A model generated the notes under the pieces. That model saw only the letters and a program-made list of their open reading frames with translations, did not search any database and was not told the DNA's origin. From the NCBI GenBank assembly GCA_963663965.2, contig CAXXFK010000019.1:100124-164123 (forward strand): DNA of 64,000 nt. The letters are read 5' to 3'. Position numbers and translations under genes: made by a program. Shown piece by piece: positions 1-9,822 of the stretch. The DNA is from Sedimentisphaerales bacterium. Its GTDB lineage: Bacteria; Planctomycetota; Phycisphaerae; Sedimentisphaerales; SM23-30. Numbering within the stretch: position 1 is the stretch's first letter; every line of letters starts with the position of its first letter.

Positions 1-720
1 TTAAACCATTTGACCAGATGAAAATGGTCCAGCACCAGTTTGGCTTGCGGCAGTTCTTTCAGGACACTGGTCATAAAACCACTGGCCATATCGGTAGCCA
101 CCGCGGCAATCACCGCCCGGCTGCGTCGGACACGCCCCCAGAATCCCACCAGGGCCTCTTGGCCTTTGCCCTGGCCGATATGCAAAATTTGACCGCTTTC
201 CAGGTCGGTTACCAGCGAGATGTATTTGCTTTTCCTGCCCAGATACAATTCGTCAATCCCCAGATAACGAACCTTTTTCAGGGAAATCTTTCGGTACCGT
301 CGACCTAGCCAGGACTTATGAATCGATTTGATGGTATCCCAGCTTAAGCCGGTCCGTCGGGCCACCTCTTGCAGGGAAGCCGCCTGACATAAATCGATGA
401 CATACCGTTCCAACGCATGGGTGTAATGCTTCTTGGGGTCGGCAAATGGCAGATGAGGCTGACGAATGGCCCCGCACGCCTGACATTTCAATCGGGGAAT
501 AGTGACAAGCAACTCCATTTGACGCAGACCGGCAGGTACCATGGCAAACCTCCGGGCCTTGTGACCGAAGTAAATGAAATTACGGGAGTTACAACAAGGG
601 CAACGCAGACTATCCGCCGGCAAGATGCCGTGAATCACGCTCTTGCCCGCAAAAATATTCTGTCTTTTGGTATTGAACACCTCGAACACCAAAAGTATGA
701 TACAACATACTTGTGGACAT
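1..720 (-). pseudogene. ISL3 transposase, partial, with a +1 frameshift near codon 23
   Basis: ATG at 720 with an AGGAG RBS gives MSTSMLYHTFGVRGVQYQKTEYF. After the A5 run at 651-655 the reading continues in another frame: CPCC...CQAC zinc finger, SWDTIK helix, YLGIDE, ATDM and DHFHLVKWF. It is absent from the ORF track because it is truncated and shifted. Confidence 0.85.
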
Positions 721-817
721 GACTTTAGCTCCTAATATGAGGTTTTATTTTTTTCCTCAAACAGTAAAGTCATGTCTCTCTTTTTGCAACATTAACTACT
801 CATTTTTCGGAAGAACC
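1..817 (-). mobile_element. ISL3-family insertion sequence, left end (runs off the window start)
   Basis: The minus-strand terminus reads GGTTCTTCCGAAAAATG (ending at 817), matching the GG(C/T)TCT start typical of ISL3 terminal repeats. The flank is T-rich and the element contains an ISL3 transposase. Confidence 0.85.
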
Positions 818-853
818 GTTTTTTTCAGGTTGCCGGGATACTATCCGGGGTTA

Positions 854-2206
854 TCAAACTGTATCGGGCATGGTGTAGGGGGGGCGGTAGGTACGGGTGA
901 GGAGTTTGTCTGCTTCGGGGTCGTTGATGAACTTTTCGGCGACGGGGTTGAAGGTCAGTTTGCGGCCGGTGCGGTAGGAGATGAGGCCCAGATGGCCGAT
1001 GGAGGCGGAGAGGTGGCCTTCGGCGATGTCGCAATCGAGGTCTTCCACTTTGCGGCTCCGGACGCAGTCGATGAAGTTTTTCCAGTTGTCGCTTCTTTCG
1101 CCGGCGGGGAAGTCCGCCTCGGAGACGCTGGGGCCGGGTTCGTTTTTGGGGCCGAAATAGGTTTTGAAGCCGTTGTTGATGGACATCCATCCCTGGTCGC
1201 TGTAAATAAAACAGTCGCCGGAATCGGGCATGCCTTCGGGATTGGTGTAGAGACTACGCACTTCGTTCTGAATAATCATGCCGTTGTCATATTCATAGGT
1301 GGCCATCAACACGTTGGGGACCTCCTGGTCATCGTCGCGGCCGTATTTGCCGCCGGTGCAGTGGATTCTGACGGGGTGGGTGTCGAGATCGAGGGCCCAG
1401 CGGGCCATGTCCATGCGATAGATGCCATTGTTGCCGAATTCGGTGGTTCCGGTATCCCAGAACCAGTGCCATTGATAGATGTAGCGGTTCTCGTTAAAGG
1501 GGCGATAGGGGGCCGGTCCCAGGAAGGTGTCCCAATGGACGCCGGGGGGGATGGGGCTGTCTTCGACATGGCCGATCGTGACGCGATGGCGGTAGGTAAT
1601 GCCGCGGGCCATGTAGACCTTGCCCAGTTTGCCTTCCTGAATGAACTTGACGGCGGCTTTACTGCCCAGGCTGCTGCGCGGATTGATGCCGTTCTGGACA
1701 ATACGCTGGTATTTTCGGGCGGCGTCGATCATCTTGCGGCCTTCGGCGACGTTATGATGGGCGGGTTTTTCGACGTAAACATCCTTTTTGGCCTGACAGG
1801 CCCAGACGGTGTGCAGGGCGTGCCAATGGTCGGGGGTAGCCAGTGAAACGGCGTCGATATCCTTGTCATCGAGAATTTTGCGAAAATCGACTTCGGTTTG
1901 GGGGGCGGTTCCGAACTTCTTTTCAATGGTGGCAACCACGTTGGGGAACAGACGTTCATCCACATCGCAGATGGTTTTTATCCTGACGTTGGGGATTTCC
2001 GCGTACTTGTTGATATGGACCTGGCCGCGGCCGCTGATCATGCCGCGGACCGATTTGCGGGAACCGCTGATCCCGACCACGGCGACATTGATTCTTTCAT
2101 TGGGACTGTCCGATATCATGCTCTTAACATACGCCGGAGCGGCCATGGTGGCTCCTACGGCAGCGGCGGATTTCTTAATGAATTCTCTGCGTTGAATCGA
2201 TTTCAT
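854..2206 (-). CDS. Tat-exported Gfo/Idh/MocA family oxidoreductase
   Basis: RREFIKK twin-arginine signal; ICDVD; ATPDHWH; YVEKP motif. Confidence 0.93.
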   Translation of the reverse strand: MKSIQRREFIKKSAAAVGATMAAPAYVKSMISDSPNERINVAVVGISGSRKSVRGMISGRGQVHINKYAEIPNVRIKTICDVDERLFPNVVATIEKKFGTAPQTEVDFRKILDDKDIDAVSLATPDHWHALHTVWACQAKKDVYVEKPAHHNVAEGRKMIDAARKYQRIVQNGINPRSSLGSKAAVKFIQEGKLGKVYMARGITYRHRVTIGHVEDSPIPPGVHWDTFLGPAPYRPFNENRYIYQWHWFWDTGTTEFGNNGIYRMDMARWALDLDTHPVRIHCTGGKYGRDDDQEVPNVLMATYEYDNGMIIQNEVRSLYTNPEGMPDSGDCFIYSDQGWMSINNGFKTYFGPKNEPGPSVSEADFPAGERSDNWKNFIDCVRSRKVEDLDCDIAEGHLSASIGHLGLISYRTGRKLTFNPVAEKFINDPEADKLLTRTYRPPYTMPDTV

Positions 2207-2265
2207 GGTCTTGCCTTTCGATATTCAGAATGCTTACGAAAATCATTTGGTCAGGCACTTTTGTA

Positions 2266-3153
2266 TCAGACGTTAAATTTTTCCTTGATCTGTTTCCATT
2301 TGAGGGCATGGTCGATCAGCAATTGGGTGTTATCACCTTTCTTGATGATCTCGACGGAGAAAGCGCCTTCGAAACCATCATAAAGCAGCAGTTCGAACTG
2401 TCGCTCTACCGCCTGCATGGTTTCGGGTTCATCGGCAAAATTGAAGTGGACATGTACGACACGGCCCTTGATGTGACGATAGGCGGTGTCGGTATCTTCA
2501 TCGTGTTTGAGAGAGTGGGCCAGGTGCCAATTGACACGAAAGGCCGGAGGGAAACCGGCCAGGAACATCATTTCACCGGCATCGATACCAACGCTGTTGC
2601 CGTGGGTTTCGAGGGCCAGCAGGACGCCGGCCTGCCAGGCTTTTTCGGCGGCGCGGGCCTGATATTCAGCCTGGATCTTGTGGCTTTCGTGACGCTGATC
2701 CGGATCGGTGGGGAGGGTGTCGGCAAAGAAACGAATGCAGGGCGCGCCGAGGTCTGACGCGAGATCGATGTAGCGGAACATGGTTTCCAATTGCTGGTCC
2801 CGGTCGTTGTTGAGGAATTTGACGCCGGGTGACACGGCTGAGATGCTAATTCCCTGGTCCCTGAAGCGGGCACGCGCCTCCTTGCGCTGGGCGGGGGTCA
2901 TGGACAATTCGACACCGTGCGCCTGTTTCCATTCGGGTCGGAATTCGATGGCCTGATAGCCATGGATTCGAGCCAGCTCGATCAGTTCCGGCAGGGTTTT
3001 GTCCTGGGCCATGGAGGTCATGAATCCGAGTTTCATGTTGAATTTTTTGCCTGAGGGCAGGGGCTGGGCGTGCGTGGTATTGGGAACACCGGCCAATGCC
3101 GCCGCTGCTACTGAAGTTGTGGTAATAAATGAACGTCTCGATATCTGTTCCAT
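2266..3153 (-). CDS. Tat-exported sugar phosphate isomerase/epimerase (xylose isomerase-like TIM barrel)
   Basis: SRRSFI Tat motif; GYQAIE, LALETHG, VHVH and FSVE motifs. A GGAG RBS favours the ATG at 3153. Confidence 0.85.
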   Translation of the reverse strand: MEQISRRSFITTTSVAAAALAGVPNTTHAQPLPSGKKFNMKLGFMTSMAQDKTLPELIELARIHGYQAIEFRPEWKQAHGVELSMTPAQRKEARARFRDQGISISAVSPGVKFLNNDRDQQLETMFRYIDLASDLGAPCIRFFADTLPTDPDQRHESHKIQAEYQARAAEKAWQAGVLLALETHGNSVGIDAGEMMFLAGFPPAFRVNWHLAHSLKHDEDTDTAYRHIKGRVVHVHFNFADEPETMQAVERQFELLLYDGFEGAFSVEIIKKGDNTQLLIDHALKWKQIKEKFNV

Positions 3154-3653
3154 TTTCTGGATCTCCAAATACAATTAAGGCACCTCAAAAAAACCTTCAG
3201 TCAAAAAGTGATTCACCTATACAGCAAGTCGTTATGTCGATAACAATCGGACATCAGCCGATATTGCGGGAAAAATACAAAAACAGGGGATGGGGTTGTG
3301 ATTGGCAGGGGAGCATGGAGGTATGCAATTTTGCAGGGGATGGTGAAAAGTGTGGAAAGTTAAGTGCGAAATTAAAAAAATGAAATAAATCATGGATCGG
3401 ACTGGTTGTACAGTCTGGAAAACAGGGTAATGAGAGGCGTAAAATCAGGCGAATCGAATTCGATCGATTTCCGGCTTCAGGTCAATTATAGTAAATATGA
3501 TGACTTTCTGTTTATTGGGCCAGACTGGAGATATGATTTTTTTCCATCGAGACTATGACATTCTAAGCGCTGGAAAGCTGAAATGAATGACAAATTAAAT
3601 TGGCTGCGATACCGTTCTTGATCATTAACGGAACAAAATAAGGAGATATCCCA

Positions 3654-4655
3654 ATGATTGTTATTGAATCCTACTCGGTTGCCGTGGAGTTGTGTTTTAT
3701 CACGATGATCTGCTGGGGGTCGTGGGCCAATACGCAGAAGCTGGCCAGCCGGGACTGGAAATTTCAGTTGTTTTACTGGGATTATTCGATTGGGGTGTTA
3801 CTGCTGTCGCTGGTGTCGGCGTTTACGCTGGGTAGTATGGGCTCAGCCGGCCGGGGCTTTCTGGCGGATCTGGGTCAGGCGGACGGCGGGGCGATCGGCT
3901 CGGCGCTGCTGGGAGGGGTGATCTTTAATCTGTCGAATATCCTGCTGGTCGCGGCGATCGATATCGCCGGGATGGCGGTCGCGTTTCCGATCGGGGTGGG
4001 ACTGGCGCTGGTGCTGGGTGTGATTATCAATTATGTGGGGACGCCGGTGGGAAATCCGATCCTGCTGTTTGGGGGTGTTGGCGCGGTGACGCTGGCGATT
4101 ATCCTGGACGCGCTGGCGTATAAACGGCTGGGCGGCCAGAACAAGACGACGGCCAAGGGGATCATTATTTCGGTGGCGGCGGGTTTATTGATGAGTCTGT
4201 TTTATCGTTTTGTCGGGGATTCGATGGCGGACGACTTTGTTGAAATGGAGGCGGGCAAGCTGAGTCCTTATACGGCGGTGGTGATCTTCTCGTTGGGGCT
4301 GTTTCTGTCGAGTTTTATCTGGAACAGTCTGGTGATGGTAAAACCGTTTACGGGTGAGCCGGTTGCCTTTGGGGATTATTTTCGGAAAGGGAACGCACGT
4401 CTGCATCTGGTGGGGATTCTGGGTGGCGTGATCTGGAATGTGGGGATGTCGTTAAGCATTATCGCGTCCGGGACCGCGGGGGTGGCGATTTCTTATGGCC
4501 TGGGCCAGGGCGCGACCATGATCGCGGCGTTCTGGGGTGTATTTATCTGGAAAGAGTTTAAGCAGGCGCCGACAGGCACCAACCGGTTACTGGCGCTGAT
4601 GTTTGTGTTTTATCTGGTGGGTCTGACACTGGTGATTCTGGCCCGGGTTATTTGA
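3654..4655 (+). CDS. DMT-superfamily transporter (GRP sugar / ureide permease-like), probable ribose or nucleoside uptake
   Basis: About 10 hydrophobic helices; CWGSWANTQK, FYWDYSIG and SYGLGQGATMIAAFWGVFIWKEF motifs; adjacent to ribokinase. Confidence 0.85.
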   Translation: MIVIESYSVAVELCFITMICWGSWANTQKLASRDWKFQLFYWDYSIGVLLLSLVSAFTLGSMGSAGRGFLADLGQADGGAIGSALLGGVIFNLSNILLVAAIDIAGMAVAFPIGVGLALVLGVIINYVGTPVGNPILLFGGVGAVTLAIILDALAYKRLGGQNKTTAKGIIISVAAGLLMSLFYRFVGDSMADDFVEMEAGKLSPYTAVVIFSLGLFLSSFIWNSLVMVKPFTGEPVAFGDYFRKGNARLHLVGILGGVIWNVGMSLSIIASGTAGVAISYGLGQGATMIAAFWGVFIWKEFKQAPTGTNRLLALMFVFYLVGLTLVILARVI

Positions 4656-4698
4656 TAGGCGCTGATAAGAGCCGGTGAGGCTGGAAAGGATTATACCC

Positions 4699-5613
4699 AT
4701 GAAACAGAAGATCGTCTGTGTCGGGAGTTCCAATACCGACATGATTTTACGTACGCATCGTATTCCACAGCCGGGAGAGACGGTGTTGGGCGGGGCCTTT
4801 TCGACGGCGGCCGGCGGCAAGGGCGCCAATCAGGCGGTGGCGGCGGCCCGGGCCGGGGGTGAGGTGAGTTTTATCGCGCGGTTTGGGGATGATATGCTGG
4901 GCCGCAAGGCGCGTGAGGAACTGGCGCGGGATGGGATTGATCTGGATGGTTCGATTGTCGATTCAAGCGCTCCTTCGGGTGTGGCGTTTATTTTCGTTGA
5001 CGATCAGGGGCAGAACAGTATTGGGGTGGCGCCGGGCGCCAATGGCAATCTGTCAATTGAGGATGTGGAACAGCACCGGGGATTGATTGAAGGGGCGGGA
5101 ATTCTGCTGATGCAGTTGGAGATCCCACTGGCCACCATTGAACGGGCGGCGGCTATTGCCGCGGAGGCGGGTGTGAAAACGATTCTGGATCCGGCGCCGG
5201 CGGTTGCCTTGAGCGAGACGCTGCTGAGCCGGATTGATATTGTGACACCGAATGAATCGGAGGCGGAAATTTTAACGGGCCTGAGCGTGAAGACTGCCGG
5301 TGAGGCTGAAGCGGCAGGGCGTCGATTGCTGGAGATGGGGGCGAAGGTGGCGATTGTTACGCTGGGGGCGCAGGGAGCTTTGGTGGTGACGGGTGAGGGT
5401 GTTGAGCGGGTGGCAGGGTATCCGGTGCGGGCGGTTGATTCGACGGCCGCGGGGGATACTTTTGCCGGGGCGCTGGCGGTGGGATTGGCGGAAGGACTGG
5501 CATTGAGAGAGGCGGTGGCGTTTGCCAATCGGGCGGCGGCGTTGTCGGTGATGACGCTGGGGGCCCAGCCATCCATTCCAACGCGGGCCCAGATTGAGGC
5601 GTTTGGGGGGTGA
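4699..5613 (+). CDS. rbsK: Ribokinase (PfkB family)
   Basis: GSSNTD, GGKGANQAVAAAR, TPNESEA and DSTAAGDTF PfkB signatures. Confidence 0.95.
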   Translation: MKQKIVCVGSSNTDMILRTHRIPQPGETVLGGAFSTAAGGKGANQAVAAARAGGEVSFIARFGDDMLGRKAREELARDGIDLDGSIVDSSAPSGVAFIFVDDQGQNSIGVAPGANGNLSIEDVEQHRGLIEGAGILLMQLEIPLATIERAAAIAAEAGVKTILDPAPAVALSETLLSRIDIVTPNESEAEILTGLSVKTAGEAEAAGRRLLEMGAKVAIVTLGAQGALVVTGEGVERVAGYPVRAVDSTAAGDTFAGALAVGLAEGLALREAVAFANRAAALSVMTLGAQPSIPTRAQIEAFGG

Positions 5614-5701
5614 TGATGCGATTGTGTTGGATATTAGTGGTATCAGGCCGGACTCTGCGGATGAGTCGGCATATTTATATTACAGGGAAGGCGACTAGTC
5701 G

Positions 5702-6721
5702 ATGTACAAAGTGAAACAATTTATCTATTATGCAATGATTTTGTTTTTGGGATTCACGCTGGTATCCTGCCGGGGTTTGTCTTCGGGCGGCGAGGCGGAT
5801 GGCGGCGGGCCGATGCGGGTGATTTTCGATACCGATATCGGCGGGGATTATGATGATGTGGGGGCGCTGGGGATGCTGCACGCGTTGGCCGACCGGGGTG
5901 AGGTGAAGATTCTGGCGACGGTGGCTTCGAATAAGAGTCCGCTGGTGGTACCGAGTATTGAGGTGATCAATACCTATTTTGGGCGGGGTGATCTGCCGAT
6001 TGGCGCGCCCAAGACCGGTGGGGTATCACACGACAGCGGGGAGTTGCGCTGGCCGCATTATCTGGCGGAACATTATCCGCATACTTATCAAAGCACCAGT
6101 GAGGCGCCGGACGCGGTGGCGGTGTACCGGAAGATCCTGGCGCGGCAGCCGGATAGTTCGGTGACGATTATCACGGTGGGATTTCTGACGAATATGAAGA
6201 ACTTGTTGATGTCGGAGCCGGATGGTATCTCACCGATGGGTGGCGCTGAGCTGGTGGCCCGGAAGGTACAATACTGGGTGGCGATGGCGGGCGCGTTTCC
6301 GGAGGGGAAAGAGTATAATGTTCATGTCGATGCCGCGTCGTCAAGTTACGCGATCGAGCACTGGCCGACTCCGATTGTGTTCAGCGGGTTTGAGATTGGC
6401 GATGAGGTGTTAACCGGTTTGCGGTTGATAAAGGATGGGCCGGAGGACAGTCCGATCCGGATGACGTATGCCCTGAGTATTCCCCAGCGCGCTTATGACC
6501 GGAATGGTCGGCGGAGTTGGGATCAGACCGCGGTACTGGTAGCGATACGAGGATTGGATCCCTATTATTCGTGGCGGACCGGGTGGTTTGTTACGCGTCC
6601 GGATGGCAGTAATGGCTGGCGGGATGATCCTGACGGGAAGCATCGATACCTGGTGCGTAAGATGGATCCGAAAGAGGTGACTTATGAGATAGAGACTTTG
6701 ATGATGCACCAGAGGCAATAG
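5702..6721 (+). CDS. Nucleoside hydrolase (IUNH family), probable lipoprotein
   Basis: DTDIGGDYDD Ca-binding motif, EYNV and SWDQ; hydrophobic N-terminus ending in an LVSC lipobox. Confidence 0.9.
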   Translation: MYKVKQFIYYAMILFLGFTLVSCRGLSSGGEADGGGPMRVIFDTDIGGDYDDVGALGMLHALADRGEVKILATVASNKSPLVVPSIEVINTYFGRGDLPIGAPKTGGVSHDSGELRWPHYLAEHYPHTYQSTSEAPDAVAVYRKILARQPDSSVTIITVGFLTNMKNLLMSEPDGISPMGGAELVARKVQYWVAMAGAFPEGKEYNVHVDAASSSYAIEHWPTPIVFSGFEIGDEVLTGLRLIKDGPEDSPIRMTYALSIPQRAYDRNGRRSWDQTAVLVAIRGLDPYYSWRTGWFVTRPDGSNGWRDDPDGKHRYLVRKMDPKEVTYEIETLMMHQRQ

Positions 6722-6761
6722 AACGATCTGTCTACAGATGATTTTTGAAGTAAAAAATGTA

Positions 6762-6792
6762 GGGATCAGGTTTAATCATTAAACCTGATCCC
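6762..6792. terminator. Hairpin between convergent genes, probable terminator
   Basis: Perfect inverted repeat GGGATCAGGTTTAAT / ATTAAACCTGATCCC. Confidence 0.7.
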
Positions 6793-6823
6793 CATATCTA
6801 TATCAGAGCTGAGAGCGTGTCCT

Positions 6824-9628
6824 TCATGGACAGGAACTCAGCCACTGTTGCGACATGATCATCAGATCGGCGAGATCGACATAGCGGTCGCAGTTGAGGT
6901 CGGCGCATTCGTAGCAGCCGGTATCGGGAATGATGAGATAGTCTTCGGTTTCACCGTAATCGTATCCGTTGGAAGGACCGCAACCCGCGTCGCGCTGTGG
7001 CTGCGGACGCCAGGGCTGTTCCGCCAGGGTGATGCGCAGCCACATTTCTTCAGGGCGTTCGGGATCATGCCAGCAGAGGAACCCGGGTGTACGGATCTGG
7101 TTCATACCCAGTTGCAGGTTGACCAGAAGCTGGTTTTGAACGACCCATTCGGGCGCGGGGCCTTTGGGGCATTCCATGACGTCGTTCCAGTCACCGTCGC
7201 GGTTCCAGTCGCACCAGATATTAACGTACATGTCCATAGGAACGGCTAGGCCGGCGACGTTAATCAGATAGTCAAGCGCGGTCCAGCGGCAATGCGGCAT
7301 GTGGACGGGGAATAACAATCCATCGTCTGCAACGTCGTTGTCCGGCTGGTTAGCGGGTGGAACGATATTATTGATACCGTCCATATCGGGTCCGGAATCG
7401 GCTTCGAGTTCGAGGGAAACGGCCGGTCCCAGCCAGGCGACTGCCTGGGGATTGAAGTGGATGGGGCCGGGTGAGCCGCCGACACCGATCAATGCCTGAA
7501 AGACCGTTGGATAGTTGGCCTGGGTTCCGTCAGGATAGGCGGTCATGGCGACGCCGTGGTTATTGGTGCTATCGGGCGCGTCGCCCAGATCGGCCAGGTA
7601 GGGGACTTCTCCGATTTCGATGAGATAGTCTTCGACTTCGCCATTTTCGGCCGGACCGTCATAAGGCAGGCCGCCCATGGAGCTGAAACGGAAGCGGGCA
7701 TAGCATGGACTGAAATAACCCGCGACCGCCGGCGGGACATGGAATGTCAGGGTATTGTCGCCAGCTGAAAGCGGCTGGATGGCAAAGACCTGTTCATTGG
7801 CATCATCCCAGTCGCCATCGCCGTTGAAATCGAACCAGGCGTCCAGATAGCCATCGATAGAGGCCGTGACGATCACCGTAGCCGGGAATCCGGCATAGAG
7901 TGGAGATGGGAATACCACACCATCTTCGTCGTCAATACCGGTGGCGGGATTGATATCATCGCCATCGGCCGGGATGGTGGGTTGCCCATCGCGTTCGATA
8001 TCCACGGTGGCGCCCAGGAAGGTGATATTATCAACGGTGTGACGGGCGCCGTTACGGGCCAGAGTGGTTGGATAGCTGGTGTTGTCTTCGGGGGCATCGC
8101 CGAAGTCGAGTTTGGGGATATCGGCGGTGGTGAGGACAAAGGCCATGTCCATGGAATTGCCCTGGAGATCCACTAATGGTTCACCTTCTTCGAACATCCA
8201 TTCGATACCTGGAGTAGTGGGACGGTAGATGCGTACCGCATCATCGTTGAAGAAGTGCGGCCGGCATTTCCAGCCCCAGGGATATTCCGGCGGTATGATG
8301 TCGGGATAGAACGCGGCGATACTGATCCAGTAGATGCGTCCCTCCTGAGTGGGATCGGGATCCTGATAGAACCATAGTTCTTTGGGGATGATGAAATGGT
8401 ATTCGAAGCAAGTATCGACGATCGGTTCCTGATCCGGCGAGAGCGGATAGAAATCGCAGCCGACCCAGCGTTCCTGCAGTTCCATGCGGGGAACGTACCA
8501 TTCCCAGACGACCATACCGGGATGGCTCCAGGTCCGGTCTTCGCCGGCGGGAACGTCGGTCCAGATGGCAATGTGGAACATTTCGGGGCCCATGTTGGGT
8601 GGTTCCGGACTGTCATAGCCGATATAGGAGCCCCACCAGTGGATGTCCGTGATGGGCCGGTCATCGCGACAGGCCCAGTCATCAGCGAGGATCTGGAATT
8701 TGGCATTGGGGCCCTGGGGACAATCGTATGGCGGTGGTATGGGAGATTGAAAATATTCCATCATAATCATCTGATCCAGATCATTGACCATGAGATCATG
8801 GTTGAAATCGGCACAGGGATCATAAGGTGGGTAGGGATAGATACCTCCAAAAGCGTTAACCAGTGTGGCCATGTCGGCGAGGTTTACTATCCCATCACAA
8901 TTGGCATCCCCATGGCACTGGGTGAGGCAATTCCAGCAGTCAAACCAGAGTATGGATTCGCCGAAGGTGGAGCGAACATCCCACCCCCAGAAACAGTCGG
9001 GGTAGGGAGAGTCATTGACGGTAACGGGAGGTTGGGACCACTTGACCCGATAGCCCTTCATGAGGGCAGCCGCACCGAGAATGGCGACGTCGTCGCCGCC
9101 AAGCCGGCCGACGCCCTGATCGTTAACCTGTACCTGATGGCATTTAAAAGGCAGGTCTTTGACAATGATCAGGGCGGTTTGCGAGTTAGGCGAGGTGCCC
9201 ATATCCAGGCGGGCGACTTCGATATTATCGACCAGCACCTGAGCCAGACCGTCATTGATATCGCCAAGCAGGTGGATGGAGACGATTTGACTGGGAACCT
9301 GGGTTGTGGCCCAGGCGGAGTGTCCGGCATTGCGCATCCAGATTTCGTTGACGTTTCCATGAATGGCTCCCGGAGAGCTAACGGTCCAATCGTCGTACCA
9401 GCTGGGCGCCTGATAATCGGCATCCTGCCAGTCGATGATGTTGTATCCTTGAACGGTCTCGGTCCCGGCGAGAGGATTTTCGAATTCGAGCTGGCCGATA
9501 GAGAGTGTCAGGGTAATGTCGGTATTGGCACTCTGGGACAAAACCTGGATACCAGAAGCTTGATTGGTTAAAAAGAGACAAAGGAAACAAAGAATAAACG
9601 ACCATCCTAAGAGTTTATTATTAGCCAT
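6824..9628 (-). CDS. Large secreted multidomain protein with dockerin/EF-hand-like repeats and two GEVED-type domains
   Basis: Signal peptide; GDANCDGIVNLAD and ADFNHDLMVNDLD; DFGDAP...GEVEDY and DLGDAP...GETEDY; C-terminal ADLNCDRYVDLADL...WL. Confidence 0.8.
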   Translation of the reverse strand: MANNKLLGWSFILCFLCLFLTNQASGIQVLSQSANTDITLTLSIGQLEFENPLAGTETVQGYNIIDWQDADYQAPSWYDDWTVSSPGAIHGNVNEIWMRNAGHSAWATTQVPSQIVSIHLLGDINDGLAQVLVDNIEVARLDMGTSPNSQTALIIVKDLPFKCHQVQVNDQGVGRLGGDDVAILGAAALMKGYRVKWSQPPVTVNDSPYPDCFWGWDVRSTFGESILWFDCWNCLTQCHGDANCDGIVNLADMATLVNAFGGIYPYPPYDPCADFNHDLMVNDLDQMIMMEYFQSPIPPPYDCPQGPNAKFQILADDWACRDDRPITDIHWWGSYIGYDSPEPPNMGPEMFHIAIWTDVPAGEDRTWSHPGMVVWEWYVPRMELQERWVGCDFYPLSPDQEPIVDTCFEYHFIIPKELWFYQDPDPTQEGRIYWISIAAFYPDIIPPEYPWGWKCRPHFFNDDAVRIYRPTTPGIEWMFEEGEPLVDLQGNSMDMAFVLTTADIPKLDFGDAPEDNTSYPTTLARNGARHTVDNITFLGATVDIERDGQPTIPADGDDINPATGIDDEDGVVFPSPLYAGFPATVIVTASIDGYLDAWFDFNGDGDWDDANEQVFAIQPLSAGDNTLTFHVPPAVAGYFSPCYARFRFSSMGGLPYDGPAENGEVEDYLIEIGEVPYLADLGDAPDSTNNHGVAMTAYPDGTQANYPTVFQALIGVGGSPGPIHFNPQAVAWLGPAVSLELEADSGPDMDGINNIVPPANQPDNDVADDGLLFPVHMPHCRWTALDYLINVAGLAVPMDMYVNIWCDWNRDGDWNDVMECPKGPAPEWVVQNQLLVNLQLGMNQIRTPGFLCWHDPERPEEMWLRITLAEQPWRPQPQRDAGCGPSNGYDYGETEDYLIIPDTGCYECADLNCDRYVDLADLMIMSQQWLSSCP

Positions 9629-9822
9629 AATCAGACCTCCAACAAAGTAAAAGTGAGTTTATATTATCTGCATATATAGAAACTCTCTCACTCTTAACCG
9701 TTTTTGAGCGGTTACGACCAAACAGGTTACCTGATTAATGGATTAAAGTATCAGAGAGGAATGGTTTTCCACCTTAAATTTAATATTTTTCTGACAGGGT
9801 AATTGGTGAAACGACCAAGGAA

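Noticed and set aside
18..1846. Plus-strand ORFs 18-308, 417-722 and 713-1846
   Set aside because: They are antisense shadows of the ISL3 transposase and the oxidoreductase, with no recognisable motifs.
3453..3470. Palindromic ATCGAATTCGAT upstream of the ribose operon as a LacI-type operator
   Set aside because: It is short, no regulator gene is nearby, and it does not match a consensus I can support.
8396..9571. 391-aa plus-strand ORF, and similar long antisense ORFs at 15728-16696 and 35748-36944
   Set aside because: Each lies wholly opposite a well-supported gene; such ORFs are expected in GC-rich coding DNA.
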